Source of the DNA: Tubulanus polymorphus
Lineage: Eukaryota; Animalia; Nemertea
Direction: 5' to 3'
Assembly (NCBI RefSeq): GCF_964204645.1
Contig: NC_134031.1
Span: 18,607,910 to 18,671,909 of the forward strand
DNA length: 64,000 nucleotides
Part shown: piece after piece, positions 33,014 through 47,600 of the stretch
Position numbering within the stretch: position 1 is the stretch's first letter
Layout: each line of letters begins with the position of its first letter
Notes under the pieces: generated by a model
Database searches by the model: none
The model's input: only the letters and a program-made list of their open reading frames with translations
Told to the model about the DNA's origin: nothing
Translations under genes and position numbers: made by a program

Positions 33014-35621
33014 CTCTAGTCCAAAATACCTACACAGAAAAAGAATATTTGAAACCATGGTTTTACTTAACTTACACACACACACACAGCACGGCGTGAC
33101 GCTGATTTACCAAAAGAAAATATTCGTATTCGAATAGCAATGGTGTTTTAAGTGGTTGTTTTATGTTTTTTCAATCAAATATGGACATTTCAGATGATGC
33201 CGGCCGATATGATGGATGTTTGGGCGACGAATCTCCGGATGTCTGTCTGTAAAAATCATTTTTACGCGTTTGTTTATTATACGTTTTTTAATCAACGACA
33301 ACGGAGCAATAAAATTTCAGTTCAGTTCAGTAGGTAAAGGTTGTGTACATATAACCATTAGGGACACCTAACCGCAGTTGCTCCCAGTTAGACCCTTAAT
33401 GACAATTTTTAACATAAGGTGACTCTCACTTTTAACTTAGAACACAAACTTTTACTTTTTCAAAATTGTTATCCCGCGGCGCCCGGAGTACTCCGCATTC
33501 GAGCCCGGAAACGCGATGAATTCAGAGCCGTTACTAGTCAGCGCCGTGGAGGACTATACGCCGCACTAACTACTCATAAACATAACCTATAATCCGAACC
33601 ACTGATTATAAACTCAATAATCCTTAATACGATTAGAATTGTAAAACATATTGTTTAAAACCGAAAACATCCTATTTTAGAAAGCGTAGGATTTCTGTAG
33701 TAATTTCAGATTAGATGAATCAGGTAATTCATTAAAAATACCCAAATATATGATCGACGTTCCACACTTCAGTTCTCACTTGTCGTTGACCGTTTTGAAT
33801 ATTCGATGTTCTGCCTCAACTTGTTTAATACCTCGGCTAAATTCAAGTTTTTAGGATAAAATCATACCGACCGCAGGTAATTAGTGACCTAAGTCTTTGT
33901 GTAATATCGGAATTTATGCCAGTGAATGTAACTGTGGAGATTTTTGCGGCGTAAATGCACAAAATAAGAATTTATTTTTGAATGTTTGGATGAAATTGAT
34001 GTATTGTGTATCGTATGCCGACTTTCGTTGAAGTATTTTGAATTTTTTGAGCCACCGTTCTGTTGTTGTTGTTGTTGTTGTTTATAACCCCAGGCCTCGA
34101 TATTCTTTCTTTATGTTCTCCTACAGTTATCGGTAGGCCTAGATCAAATTGTACAATAAGCCTTTCACTTTCAGTTGAAACTTTTCAAAGGTCTTCCTTA
34201 AATTCTTCGTTCATGAAACGGCTGTCTTTAATTAATAATAGGCCTCTAAAAAAATGTAAGTAGGCCTAGTGTACAAGCGAAGGCTATTCCTAAGAAGTGG
34301 CTTAATTTTGAGCCTTTTTTATTTTTAAAGTAGATATGAGAATTTTTAGACTTTTATGGTTTACAAATTTCCAGGTGACCAATCATTTATAGGCTAGGCC
34401 TATTCTACCACCTTGAGCATGATTGAAACTTGAGGCTAATTAGATACACACCACACATTGTAATTAACTAAGGAAACAATTCACGCTTACTAATTATTGG
34501 ATTCACTGAGCAGAAAAATGAGTAAATCACAGAGGACTCAGTGACTCAGGCTGTGAGATGCATGTTTACACGTACTAACCTGCCTGTTTGATAGTCTGAT
34601 AGTACCCTCGGGGGTTCACTAATCACAAACTGTATATCACCAATCACTGGCTAGCGTGTGGTGTAAGGTGTTTTGAACTCAGCTGTGGTTGTGAATTCAT
34701 TAAATTTATTGTGCAGTAAAATCTCGAGTTATTGAAGCTTTGATTATCTAATAACGGTGAGTTTGAGGAAAGCTGTAAATTTTGGTCAGGATTTTGTTGT
34801 GAATTCATTTATTTATGAGTAAGATTTTAAAGATTTGAGTTTCTGACACATTAGAGAGGGCAGTTGCTACATTGGAAAAATGTGTTGAAATGGTGGTCAG
34901 ATTTTTCAAGCATTCAATTCTAAGAAATCTTTATTTAGCCTATTAGGGAAAATCGAATGTTGTCGGCTGGAAGTGCGAAAGACTAGCGGCACTGTGAACA
35001 GAAAATTTAAGATAGAACAAGGCTTCTTGCCCTTAGGAGTGCACCTTTGGGATTTATATTTCGACTTTTTAAAGATTTTTTTGCAAAAGACTTTGGAGGG
35101 CACATTGAATTTTGAAGGAGATGGACTAGTCCACCTGACAGTGGTCCACCCCCTAAATCCACCCTCGGAGTATGTGGTTTATATAGGCTAATACAGATAG
35201 GAGTTCAGTCTGTTGCCCTCATAGTCCAAAAATACAGGCTAGATACAAACAATAATTATATCAATGGACATAAGCCTAGTAATAATGTCTAATGGACTAA
35301 ATCAGCCACCTAGGCCTATCTGTCCTTTAATTACTAGTCACTGAGTGAAGAATGAGTCGGCCTTTTATCGGTATCCATATTTATTCAAAGGGCACTGAAT
35401 GTATATTTGATTAGAGATGTCGGTATAGACTAAGTAACATTTTGTCGGCACATTCAAACTAGATTTCTGTAAGAGTAACAGGCAGAATCCGGTCGCTGAA
35501 AAGTTGGTTAAGGTTAACCAGTGGATAAGATTTCATTGTTACTTACTAGGCCCTATTTATCCACCAAATTTTACGAACTGATGTTTTTTTCGTTGCAGTT
35601 CTGAATTTGTGAAAAGAAAAA

Positions 35622-38600
35622 ATGACAATCGGAAAAGGAGAACGCAGTACATCGCCGGTACATGTACATGTTAACGAGGAGACGCCGGTTCATGTACATA
35701 TTAAAAAAGGAGCAGCAAGTCGAAAAGGAGCAGCAGAGGTAGGTCAACGGACAAGCCATAACGTTATGGGTCGCAATTGAACTCTTCGTTTCATTTCACT
35801 GCTTTTTTTTCAGGCGAGTAATTTGAGGTCGAGCACTGCCTTAGCGAAAACGAGATGTCGTAGCCCATCCCCTGGCCCGTGGATCCCACCCCCGGGTAAA
35901 TCAACCAGAGGATCTAAACCACTCACTTGGCAGGTATGTACCGATACTTAGAATCAACTTCGATATTTACAGCAAAATTTGATAAATTTGGATGTATTAG
36001 AATAAGTGACCATTTTAAGATCGAAATCGTGAAAATTACTTGAATCTTACTACATGCAGAAATATTTGAATTATCTAATGATAAATAATTTCACGTCTTG
36101 TTTCCATTTCTCGCATGTTTTATTTGCGTGTTTTTTTTCGCTTTGCATAATTTGTTAATTGCTTTGTTTGATGAATTTCCTGCTTGCAATTCTTTAAAAA
36201 TCTGAATTTCGACTATCAGTAGTTTATTAAATTCTAAAACTATAGACATAGTTAAACAACAACTAAAAATCTGCCTGATCGCTAGTTTGCATTCTAAAAC
36301 GAAATGTAGTTTTTGACCAAAAAAAACTAATCCTCGGGTAAATGCTAGATATTAATTACTAAGATTAGATAACTAATGAAAACTAAAGTTGACCGATAAC
36401 TTTAATTGAGAATAAAAAATTCGAGGACTGTGAAAATTCTGAGAAAGCTGAACTGGCAAAAAATTATTGGTAAGTTTAGCGTAGAAAAAATAGCTGTTAA
36501 TTTTTCGAACAAATTTGACTCGTTTTGGACCATGTCAAGGTTCCGCAATTTTGGGTTAAATCTTAATTCTAGATTCAAACTCTGGAGATCCGTGGAACTG
36601 GGTCCTGGATTCAGTTTCACAAACGGGATTGAAATATTCTTTCAATAATGAAGCTGAATTTATGGGCTGATGGTAGATCATCTTTTGGCCTGTCGGAAAA
36701 TATTCAACATGTCAAGTTTACTACGATGTAGTAATGTTTAATACAATCGACCTTCAATTCAGAGTTAATGCTGTTTAAATATCGCTCCGTCAAACAGTAG
36801 AATTCAGTCTCATCGAGGGACGCTTTATATTTCTTTTCTTTTTTATGAAAGAAAGTCATGGAATGAATTGTATTATTGTTTTGACAGGGTCTAGTTTGTA
36901 CACACATTCACCTAGTAAGTCGTCGGTACTGTCTTTGTATAATTGTAAAACATTCTTCGCTTGAAAACTGAATGAAAGATTGTGCCGTTTTAGTTTATTG
37001 AAATTGACTTAGTAATGACACACATTCCACGTCAATAAACAGGTGGTTGATTTTAGCCAATATTTGTCGGCCCTGGCGTGTGTGGTTTATGTCACTGTTT
37101 TAGTGCCTTGATTATATATAAAATCACTGGTTGTTTGACATAGCAGTTAAAACAATCTTGAGCAAAAGTGATTATACTTTTTCATATCATAGATTTAGCA
37201 AATTAGGACTAAATCAGCTTTGAAAATATACCTTATAATCTATGGCCAGTTTCACAGTTGTGAGTTAAAGTTAACTCTGACCTCAGGATCCAGTTCCACA
37301 GTTTATGAGTTAGAATTGATTCTTGGGTTAATATTAGTACAATCTAAATATTTCAACACCAGGAATTACAAGGAATCCAAAAAAACAACTCAGTTCATTT
37401 TAAACTTTGAGATCAGAATTGTCGAACTGTGGGCTGACGAGCTGAAATCAAGTAGTGCTCAATAAAACATCTTTTCTGGTTCCGATGAAATTATGAAACG
37501 GATTTAGGAAATATGATTAATTTTTCACTGTTTGTTCAGGGTAAATCAGGAAGATTAGAAATACATCAGCCCCGTAGCGGATCCGGCGGGGAACTCGATA
37601 CCGATGAAGAAGATCAGGTCGAGAATAAAATGCGTCAATACGAAAATAAAATCGATAATTTGATGACCGAAATGGGAACTTTACGCAATGAGGTAACGAT
37701 GAAAATAACGAACTCTTTTCATGTTGGCAGAACAAAGTTTAGTATAAAAATCACACTCTAGGAAAGAAAATAAGAGTGAAATTCAGTATTCCTGAAGATG
37801 ACTATTAGGATGTAGTCGAAACATTGGATATGAATCAATAACTCGAGGAATTATTTTGCTTCTTTAGCGTGGGATTTTTTATCATAACAATATGAACTCA
37901 CAGGGTGGCCACTGACCTGGAAAACTCGCGGAATAAAAACCAAAAAATCTAGAATAAAATCAGGGAAAATTTGAGCAATTTGACAAATTTTATGAACAAT
38001 CTGGAAAACTCGGGGAGATCTGGTAATGCTTTTGACTACTTGTGTTTCTTTATCAATAAGTGATTCAATGAAAAATGAATGAATTGTAACGTTTAAACCT
38101 AGAAATTTCTCTGATTCACTGAGGGAATTTTTAGTCATCACATGGAATAATCGGGGAAAACTCAGCAGGGGAATTTGTAGCGAAGTGTCTAGAGAATAAA
38201 AAAACTGACCCATGAAACGATTGTTTTTTGTTTCACAGGTCGAATTACAGAAAACTTTACGAGAAGTCGATAAAAAGGACGATTTATTGGAAGAATCTCG
38301 ACGGATTCTCGAGGAACAGGAGGAAAAACTGGGCGAATATAAAGACGAACTCGAAGAAACCGAACGCGAGAATCTGATCTTGCGACGCAGCATGGAACGA
38401 GGTTTAGAGCGTGTCTGCGACGCCGAGATGAACCGAGCCGAACAGGATCGATTGACCTCGGAGAAAGAGGAACTGATGAAGAAACTCGTCGAGGTTGAAA
38501 TAGACGGACAGGCGGCGGCGAAACAGTGCGCCGCGTTGAAAGACGCGATACGTCGTCTCAGAGAGGTACGGTATATCGTACCGGGATCAGTTGTACAGCG

Positions 38601-41600
38601 GGGACTTAGTGCGGGATCTTAAGACTAGCCTTAAGTTGTTAGATTGGCTACAGAACAAAAATGAGCTTAGACTGGTTTTAAGTTGTTAGATTGGCTACAG
38701 AACAAAAATGAGCTTAGACTGGTCTTAAGCTGTTAGATTGGTTACAGAACCAAAATGAGCTTAGACTGGTTTTAAGTTGTTAGATTGGTTATAGAACCAA
38801 AATGAGCTTAGACTGGTTTTAAGTTGTTAGATTGGTTATAGAACCAAAATGAGCTTAGACTGGTTTTAAGTTGTTAGATTGGTTACAGAACCAAAATGAG
38901 CTTAGACTGGTTTTAAGTTGTTAGATTGGTTATAGAACCAAAATGAGCTTAGACTGGTTTTAAGTTGTTAGATTGGCTACAGAACAAAAATGAGCTTAGA
39001 CTGGTCTTAAGCTGTTAGATTGGTTACAGAACCAAAATGAGCTTAGACTGGTTTTAAGTTGTTAGATTGGTTATAGAACCAAAATGAGCTTAGACTGGTT
39101 TTAAGTTGTTAGATTGGTTATAGAACCAAAATGAGCTTAGACTGGTTTTAAGTTGTTAGATTTGTTATAGAACCAAAACGAGCTTTAGACTGGCCTTACG
39201 TTGTTAGATTAGGTCTAAACCAAGCTCAAGCCAGGGTTCTGTTTAATGGAAACTCGATTTGATTTTATTGATTTCTCTGATTAATCTAATCCGCCTTTCT
39301 TCTCCCCCTCCTTTTTCCTCTCCCTCTCCTTTTTCCTCTCTCTCTCCCTCTCCCTCTCCCTCTCCCTCTCCCTCTCCCTCTCCCTCTCCCTCTCCCTCTC
39401 CCTCTCCCTCTCATTAATTGTCTCTTAATGTATTATTTCTGTCATGTTTTAGGAGAAGAGAATCAGTCCGTCTGACAGTGCATTGATCGCTAAACAGCGC
39501 GAGTTACTGATGGAGAAACTGGCTGATTTCGAATCGACGAATCGTAATCTACGTCGTCTGCTGAGAGAGGCTCATCGTAAAGAGGCCGCCGGAGTTCGGC
39601 TGATCGAACAAAGAGACGTTTTAATGAGGAAATTAGCGGAAACAGACGATTCTAATCAGGTTACTAACGACGACGATCAATCAATAACACCGTGTGCTAC
39701 CTAGTTGACATGACAACTGTTATCATGGTTACTCCTAAAGCCGCACCTGATTACAATGAAATTGAAAAAAACCAATGAGTGTTTCATTTCGCATTCCTTC
39801 ACTGTTTTTCTGTTGGGATGAAGCTCATCTTGTGTCGCTGTCTGCTGACAAACCAGGGCCCAGTTGCGCGGTCATCACTTAACCAGTTCCTAAGACTGGT
39901 CTTAAGTTGTTTAATTATTTGTAGAACAAAAAAAGTTGAAACACATTCTAAACGTAAGCTTTGACTGTAAAACTGGACCCAGTAGCCTGTAGTTGATGAC
40001 AGTGAGGTAGCAGAATACATCTTCAAGCTTTGTAATTGATAGAAATAACCTTTAGATCTAATGAACCTTTACTCACTATAACTCTACTGATAACACTAAT
40101 GATAAGAGGACCGACGTGAGCGCAGCTCTTTTCCAAACGAGCAAATCGTTTATTTTCGATGTTGATTCTGTTTTCACAGCGACTGAGAGCGAGTTCACTG
40201 GATAAAGAACGCGAGATGGTAGAATTAAAAGCGCAACTCGCAGCTCAAAGGGTAAGTGTGTCGCAAGTCCGTTTCCACGGTTCATGGTTGAAATTCCACT
40301 AGGGTTAGAAAATTTGTAATCAAGTAATTTTGGCCCTCGAGTGAAATGCAACAGAAAACCGTATATCTGGCTCCGCTTCAAGGCCTGGGCCCATTTTCAC
40401 AAAATAGTTGAACTCTTCATATTTGGTGTAATTGCTATAATGAGGACGACAATTCAAACTCGACCGTTTTTGGCTTACACTTTTTCGTGAAACTGTTTGA
40501 TTTTTTGCTGTAAACTCTGACCCAATATAGATATCTATTTCAATAGAATTGCTGCGATTGTTTATTTACCAGGATGAGAATTTAGCTATGGCGAGTTTAC
40601 AGGGTTCGATGGAATCGACAAGAGGACATTTACAAAAACAACTGCGCGCTAAAGAAGCCGATTGTAATCGTTTGGCCGTACAAGTTCGGGTATGTATACA
40701 CACTTAAAAATGATTTTCACAAATTTCTGTTTGAATAATGAAATCGGGCGATGATTGTTGAATCGTTCTCGTCGTAAATCAGGGAATGGAAAGTCAGTTA
40801 GCTCAGGAAAAGATCGAAGTCGACCATCTACAGGAGTTACTGGGTCAAGCGAAGGAGAAAGCGGAAAGAGATAAAGAGGCTTTGAAGAAAGCTACCAGGT
40901 ACATTGCGTAATATTGATCTAACTCTCCTTCAAACAATACAAACAGTAATATTGCCATTTAGTCAAAGAAATGTTCAAGCATTCCAAATATAGTAGACTC
41001 CCTGTGGTTATTTATGATTTCCAATCGGCTATTAGGTCGTGGAAATATTTCGGGATTCGTTTTGACTCGTATTTTTATTTTTTTTCTAGGGTACAGAAGC
41101 AGCGAGCTTCGAGAAGCGAAGACGCGATGGAAATCATGAATTCGCAATTACTGGAGAAAGAAACTCAACTCGCCGAAATTCAGAATCATATGGACGAATT
41201 TAAAGCGCGCATCGAGAAATTATCGCGCGAAAAGAACCAAACGATCACCGATAACGCTGTATTGAGAAAGTAAGCGTTTGATTTCATATTACAAAAAATC
41301 TCAACAGAGATCGAGCTCGAGTCTAATGTCCGTTCTATGATATTTTAACAGTCGTATTTCCGAGTTGGAAGCGATGTTAGAAGCTACCGACGATCGTAAT
41401 AAGTCGCAACAGGACGGTTTAAACATGAAACTACAACATAAATCATCGGAGGCGAATACGCTACGTTTGGAGAACGATCGTTTGAAGGTGAGAGAGAGAA
41501 TCATTTCAATTAAACATCATGGTGTTAGTGGTTGAAGTCCCGCAGTTCGTATGGTTTAGCGTGACTCAATGGGTCCTCGTTACCGGTAGTTTATCGGTTC

Positions 41601-44600
41601 TGATTATGTTTATAGAACTCAGCGAGTCGTATTTAAACCATATTTACAATGTGGAACTAGATCTTATATATAACATATACAATGTCAATATCATCCTTCA
41701 GAAAGTTCAGTTTCAGTTCAGTTCAAACGCCGTGATTAACTGACTCTTCCGGCCTCGGTTTCTCAAAAAATTCAAAACTCATTACGACGAAAACTTTTTT
41801 TTCGATTTCAAGTTTGAACTCTCCGGGATTGTAATAGCGTTCAAGACTCAGTTCCACAGTTCTGAGTTCAACGCACAACTGTGGAACCAGCTCCAATCGG
41901 ATTTTCAAGGATGATAGCTACATGTACGAACGATAGGTTAAAGAATGTGTATTACCCCTGGCTGACCCTGATATAAATACGTCAATCTCATTATCTACGT
42001 CGTAATCCGTATATCTATATCTATTATCAGTGTTTCTCCAGTTCAGTTTATATCATTAGCAATTTCTATGTTTCCTCTATTTGTTTCCGAGCTACAGCTA
42101 AAGTCCTCGAGCCAGTTCCACAGCTGTCTGTAGAGTTGAAATAACATTCTTGGGGCCAGTTGCGCGATAGTTAAAAGTTAACAGGCGAATGAATCCCGCA
42201 ATGAATCAGACGATGGTATTTGTCCACCGGGTAACTTTAACCAGCTTTTGAGCAACTGCAGGCCCTGGTAGTTGATATTCGGTGTTTGAGTCTAGCGAAG
42301 CTTTAAGCGACATCCGTGGAACTGGATCGTGTCCTACACACATATTTTCAAGTGTTCTGTTGGATATTTTTTCCACATTGACAACTCGGATCAAACTGCT
42401 CGCACAATGATCTTCCGCTATTGGCGAAGAGGGTCATTCATTTGAAAACTTGCCAATTTCTTCAAGTTGGCCGCATTTGTGAGACAAAAGACAAGGGTTG
42501 ACTTACTTTTAGCAATATTTAGGAGATAAAGGTTTCCTTAAAACAGTGCGTTTGGGTAACTTTGAGAGTTTGAATTAATTTTACTCATCATTTTCCGACC
42601 TCGTTCGAATTCCTAAAGACCGAACTCGATTCAATGAAAGAAGATTTCAAACGTCAGGCGGACGAACTGCGTCAGGAGGGCGCCGTGTTACAGGCGCGAT
42701 ACGAGCAACTGAGTCGTAGTCTGGACGCGGCGAATCACGATAAACAGCGTCATCAACTTCAGAGCAGACGCCTCGCCGATCAGATCAATAATCTCAATTC
42801 GGACGTCGAGAAATTCGTCGCCGATTCGACTCGTTTGAAACTAGAACGAGATCAATTGAAGGTACTCGTCAATCTGCTGTTGCTGTTGCTGCTGATGTGC
42901 ATGTACTCACTAGTGTAGGGTACTCGCACGCATGGTATTCTCATTAAACCCAGTTCCACACTCTAAATCTAAAACTATCCTAACACAAAGTGGCCGCTTA
43001 CCTGGAGATCAGGGAAAATTTGGGGAATATTCTTATCTTTAAAAGAGTCGGGGAATCTGGATTTTGTAAAAACAAAATGAAGCTAAAAAAAAGGGAAAAG
43101 TCAGGGAAATTTATCGAGATTGTTGTGTACCTGGGTTTTTTGGTCGTTTGCAAATTGAGTGTTGATATTTTGGGTTCGCATTTTGAGGCATGATTTTAGC
43201 TATAGTCTTATTATTTGGAAAATGCTTTGCATAAATTTTCTGATTTAAGTTTTGAGATTTACAATTTACGAAGTTTCTGCTTCCAATGAAATGATAACTA
43301 GATACGTAGATTGCAATAGAATCACTCAGGGTTTTTGAGTGAATTGAAAAATGAAAATTTGGTTCGAATACATTGCTAGGATATCATTTATGGCTTCATA
43401 GATTCTCCAGCAAAACCTATTCTTTCTGTCTCTCGTATGCGCTGTAGTCAAAATCAATTTTGGATCTAATTTCGTCAAAATTCATCATTTGAGATTCGTT
43501 GAATTTGAATAAGATATTGAATATGATCTGGATCCATTTCCGCAATTGACAATTGTTATTTAACTGTAGAGTCAAACCTAATTGGAAAAGGCTTAGCTCT
43601 AGAGTTAGATTCAAACGACAACTGTGGACTCGGGTTATGATTGATTTGTTTTTGTTTATTGCGCGAAGTCTGAACTGGAAACATCTCGTAGTTTCTCCGC
43701 CGCTCAAATCGATGCGTTGAACAAAGAATGCGCCGCGCTGAAATCGAAATGCGAAAACTTGAAAATCGATCTCGAAGCCGCCGCCAGGGGGCAGGAGAAG
43801 GAGAGAATCGAGTCGACTTGTTTGACCGAACAGGTCGACCAGTTGAAGTCGACCGTCGGGAAACTGCGATCGGAAAATATGGACGCGATAAATGAAAATC
43901 AGGATTTGAAGGTATATTTGAGAGTTCGCAAAATTAAAGTTTTTATTAGAATAATGATATTTGATTGGTGGCTCTTTGGGTGATGGTACCTATAATATTT
44001 AGGAATTGATTTACGATAAGAAGTTGGAGGAATTACAAAATTGCTTGTTTAATTACACGTTAAACAACTATTGAGGTTAGAAGATATCTTATAACCTTAA
44101 AGGCCCAGAAGCCCACACACATTATAAATGATAGATTTCTCTTAAATTTGAAAGTTGAAATTTGTAGATGAATTTGAAATCACTTGTCACGTACTGTTAT
44201 CACTGTTTCAAGGCTATAGAACATGATCTTGAATCTTAAAATTGTTGGATTGACCATGAAATAAAAATGAGCTTCAAACTTATACCTGGCCGTGGAACCA
44301 GTTGCATAGACCAGACTTTGAGAGTCCAAAACTGATCTTAAAACATTTGACCTGTTAGATTTCAGCCTTGACTGTGCAACAGGCCTCCGGACTTCTAAAC
44401 TATAGATTTTTATCTGGAAATTTATGTATCTTCAGTTTATTTTTTTATTTTTCTGTACTTTTATTCGATAAAAGCATGAATTGAAATCGGAGAAAGAATT
44501 ATTGAAAACGCGTACGGAACAATACGCTCGTGACCATGCCGACCACGAGGCTAAAGTCGACGCGATTCAAACGGAGTTAGACGCCGCGATTAGAGGCATG

Positions 44601-47600
44601 GAGGCATGTCGCCTAGACAACCAACAACTGACCGACAATCAGGCGGCGTTGACTCGAGAAAACGATAACTTGAAACGTGATTTCGAGGAGTTGCGTTCTA
44701 GGAATTGTTTATTACTGGGTGAAAGAGATGCACTTCAGGTATCACTAGACCCGCGTAGTACCGAACATGCTTTTTACCTTACTGTCTCAAAACCCTTTCA
44801 CTGACAGCATCTACCCCGCTATATGGTGTTTGATTGTCCCACCACAAACTGCATCTACCTTGCGGTGCCGCGTATTTTCTTACTTATTGATTAGCTAGCA
44901 TCGTGAAATCGTAGGTATGTGGGGTTGTCTGAGTCGGCACTGGGTAGTTGAATTTTCAGAATTTTTTGAATATACATGTATGTCCACCGATTGTAGGATG
45001 TGAAAGTGAAAGGGTTAATGTGCACAGATCTTCGTGTACATAGTATATGTATGATATGATAAGTAGTTCCTCTCCTCAGATTAGGCTTTCATATATTGTA
45101 TACTGTTAGAATGTTCCTCTAAATATCTAATTCCTGTCTAAAATGTTCCATCATCCAATGAGCCTCTGCTCCTGCTGCTGCTGCTGCTGTTGTCAGTAAG
45201 AACAGTCAAAATTTACTAATCAAAATATCTCTTTAATTAATGGGGTCCAGTCTCCTTGTGTGGAGACTGGAGCCCGGACCCAGTTCCATATTTCCTGGCC
45301 GAATTGGTTGAATTCATTTCCGATGATTTAACCCTAGCCAAATTTTAACTAAAAGCTATGGAGCTGGATCGTGATTACGTAATCTCTTACCCTTAAATTT
45401 CAAATACGTTTGAACATTTCAAAATGTCGGAATTTTCGAATCCTCGATTTTTGTTCTGAAATAAGACGTTTGTTTCCGACGCGCAGAATACGATGACGAC
45501 CTTCGAGCAGACGACGCCGGCGACCGAGAATCACCGCGAGTTACTGCAGCACGTCGACGAACTCAATCAACAATGCGTTGTGTTAAAGATGCATCTCGCG
45601 TCGGTTACCGACGATTTGAATAAATCGCTCGAGCGAGTCGACGCGAAGAATAAAGATACGTGTCGTCTGACCGGACAGGTCGACCAGCTTCGACTCGATT
45701 TCGATAAACTGAAAATGAAAAACGGCAACTTGAAATCGGAACGAAAAGAGTTAAAGGTATAAAAACATCGGGGAAACTTGAGAGACAAAGTTTCACACTT
45801 TTATAATCAGGGCCTGGTGGTTGCTTGGTCAAGGCTTAGATTGAAGACCAGTCTCAACTTAAGGCCACTTAAGTTCTGCAGCCAATCTAATAAGTTTAGA
45901 TCAGTCTTAAGATTGAACACCACTTCTTGTTAAGTTGTGGTTGCATGGTCACGACAGCCAATATGACTGAAGATCAGTCTTAAGATCTAACACCACCTTT
46001 GAAGTTGAGTCATGACTGCACTGATCCCCAGGTGAAATGGGCCCGTTTGGCAGTCCTGACTTTAAAATCCAAAAATGGTCTCGAATATTGAGATTGGTCT
46101 TTTAAGACTTTTTTGACTGTAGAACGAAGATGGACATAGACTGGTCCTAAAGCTTAGCCATGACTGACCACTGGGTCTGGATAATAGATGTCTCGGCTTG
46201 GAAGTAATTAGCTTAAACGGCATAATTTTCAAAAGATCATTTAACTCAACTTGAAAAAACTTCATAATTGCCTGAATTTGAATCGAAGTTTTACCGAAAC
46301 TCGTGTTGTTTCTATCATTGGCATAAAGATGGCGCTGCAGCGCGCTAACGATGAATTGTGCGAGTTGCGAGGTCGGTTTACCGGTTCACAGTCGCTGAAC
46401 GACTCGCTGAAAGCGGAGGTTAACGTCGCGATGAAAGGATTCGAAACTCAACAGACGGAATGCGACCGATTGAACGAACAGTTGAACGCGGCGAAATCTG
46501 AAACTCAAAAATTCGTCGCCGAAAACGCGGTTCTTATTAAAGATAACGAACGTTTGAAGGTAAAAAATAACTCAGAAAAGTGTTGAGTTAGATTTAGTTA
46601 CCGTTTAGAATTATGAACCTATTGTTTCCTGTTACTGTTGATGTTACTGTTTGATTTCCTTTTACTGAAAATGTTGTTTATTTTGTTTGTTTGTGAAAAA
46701 TTGAAATAAAGTTTAGAGATGAATTTTATGGCTGCCATTTCTATTTCTTGTTGTTCGTTTGTGAAATAGTTCTGTGTTATTACCAAACCTTTTTTTGCTT
46801 CGAAAACCAGTTCCACGGTGTAAGGACTTGGGACTGGAAACCTATTTAACCTTTAGATAATTTTCCTTTGAATGATATGTTGGCGATTGTTTTCACTAAT
46901 CAAAATCCATTTATTTTTACTAATTGTAATGTAGTTGTATATTGTTTGTAGGTAGGTGTTTAAAGAAAACCAAATACGCTTCATTCTAATTGATGGTTGT
47001 TCTGAAAACTGTGTTACAGAGCATTACCCTGAATCGTGAAATAATTCTTTCCTTTTACTGGAAATTACTAAACAATCTAGGGGAAGGCAACTGCTCAAAA
47101 AGCTGGTTCGAGTTAACCGGTTGGTAGTTGACATTGTGATAAATAAAAGTTCATTGTTACTATGGTATACATCTGACGGTTATCTTTAACCAACTCTTGA
47201 GCAACTAGCCCCTAAATCCTATGCTTTGCTTGTTCCCAGCCCCCTCTCCTTCCCTCTTCCGGTTGTTACTAAAAACTCCGAAGTCATATTCTCTTAATTC
47301 AGCGCGTGTATGTTTAATGATTCGATGTTTGTTTGCATTTTAGTCGTCGATTGGAACTATCGAAGATAAATTATCGCAGGCCGAGTTAGAAGTGTCGACT
47401 TTGAAATCGAGTCTACGCCAATACGAGAACTTGGTCGAGGAATATCGCGTTCAGGTCGGTATACCGGGGCTGGTGTTAGAGAGGGGGTTTCCTTGCGTAT
47501 ATTGCTGTATATTGAAAATGATGAATTTGATGAAGTCGAGAGAATAAGGCCTAATGTAGAAACGTAACGACGAATCTCTTTGTAATTCAGGTGAATAAAT

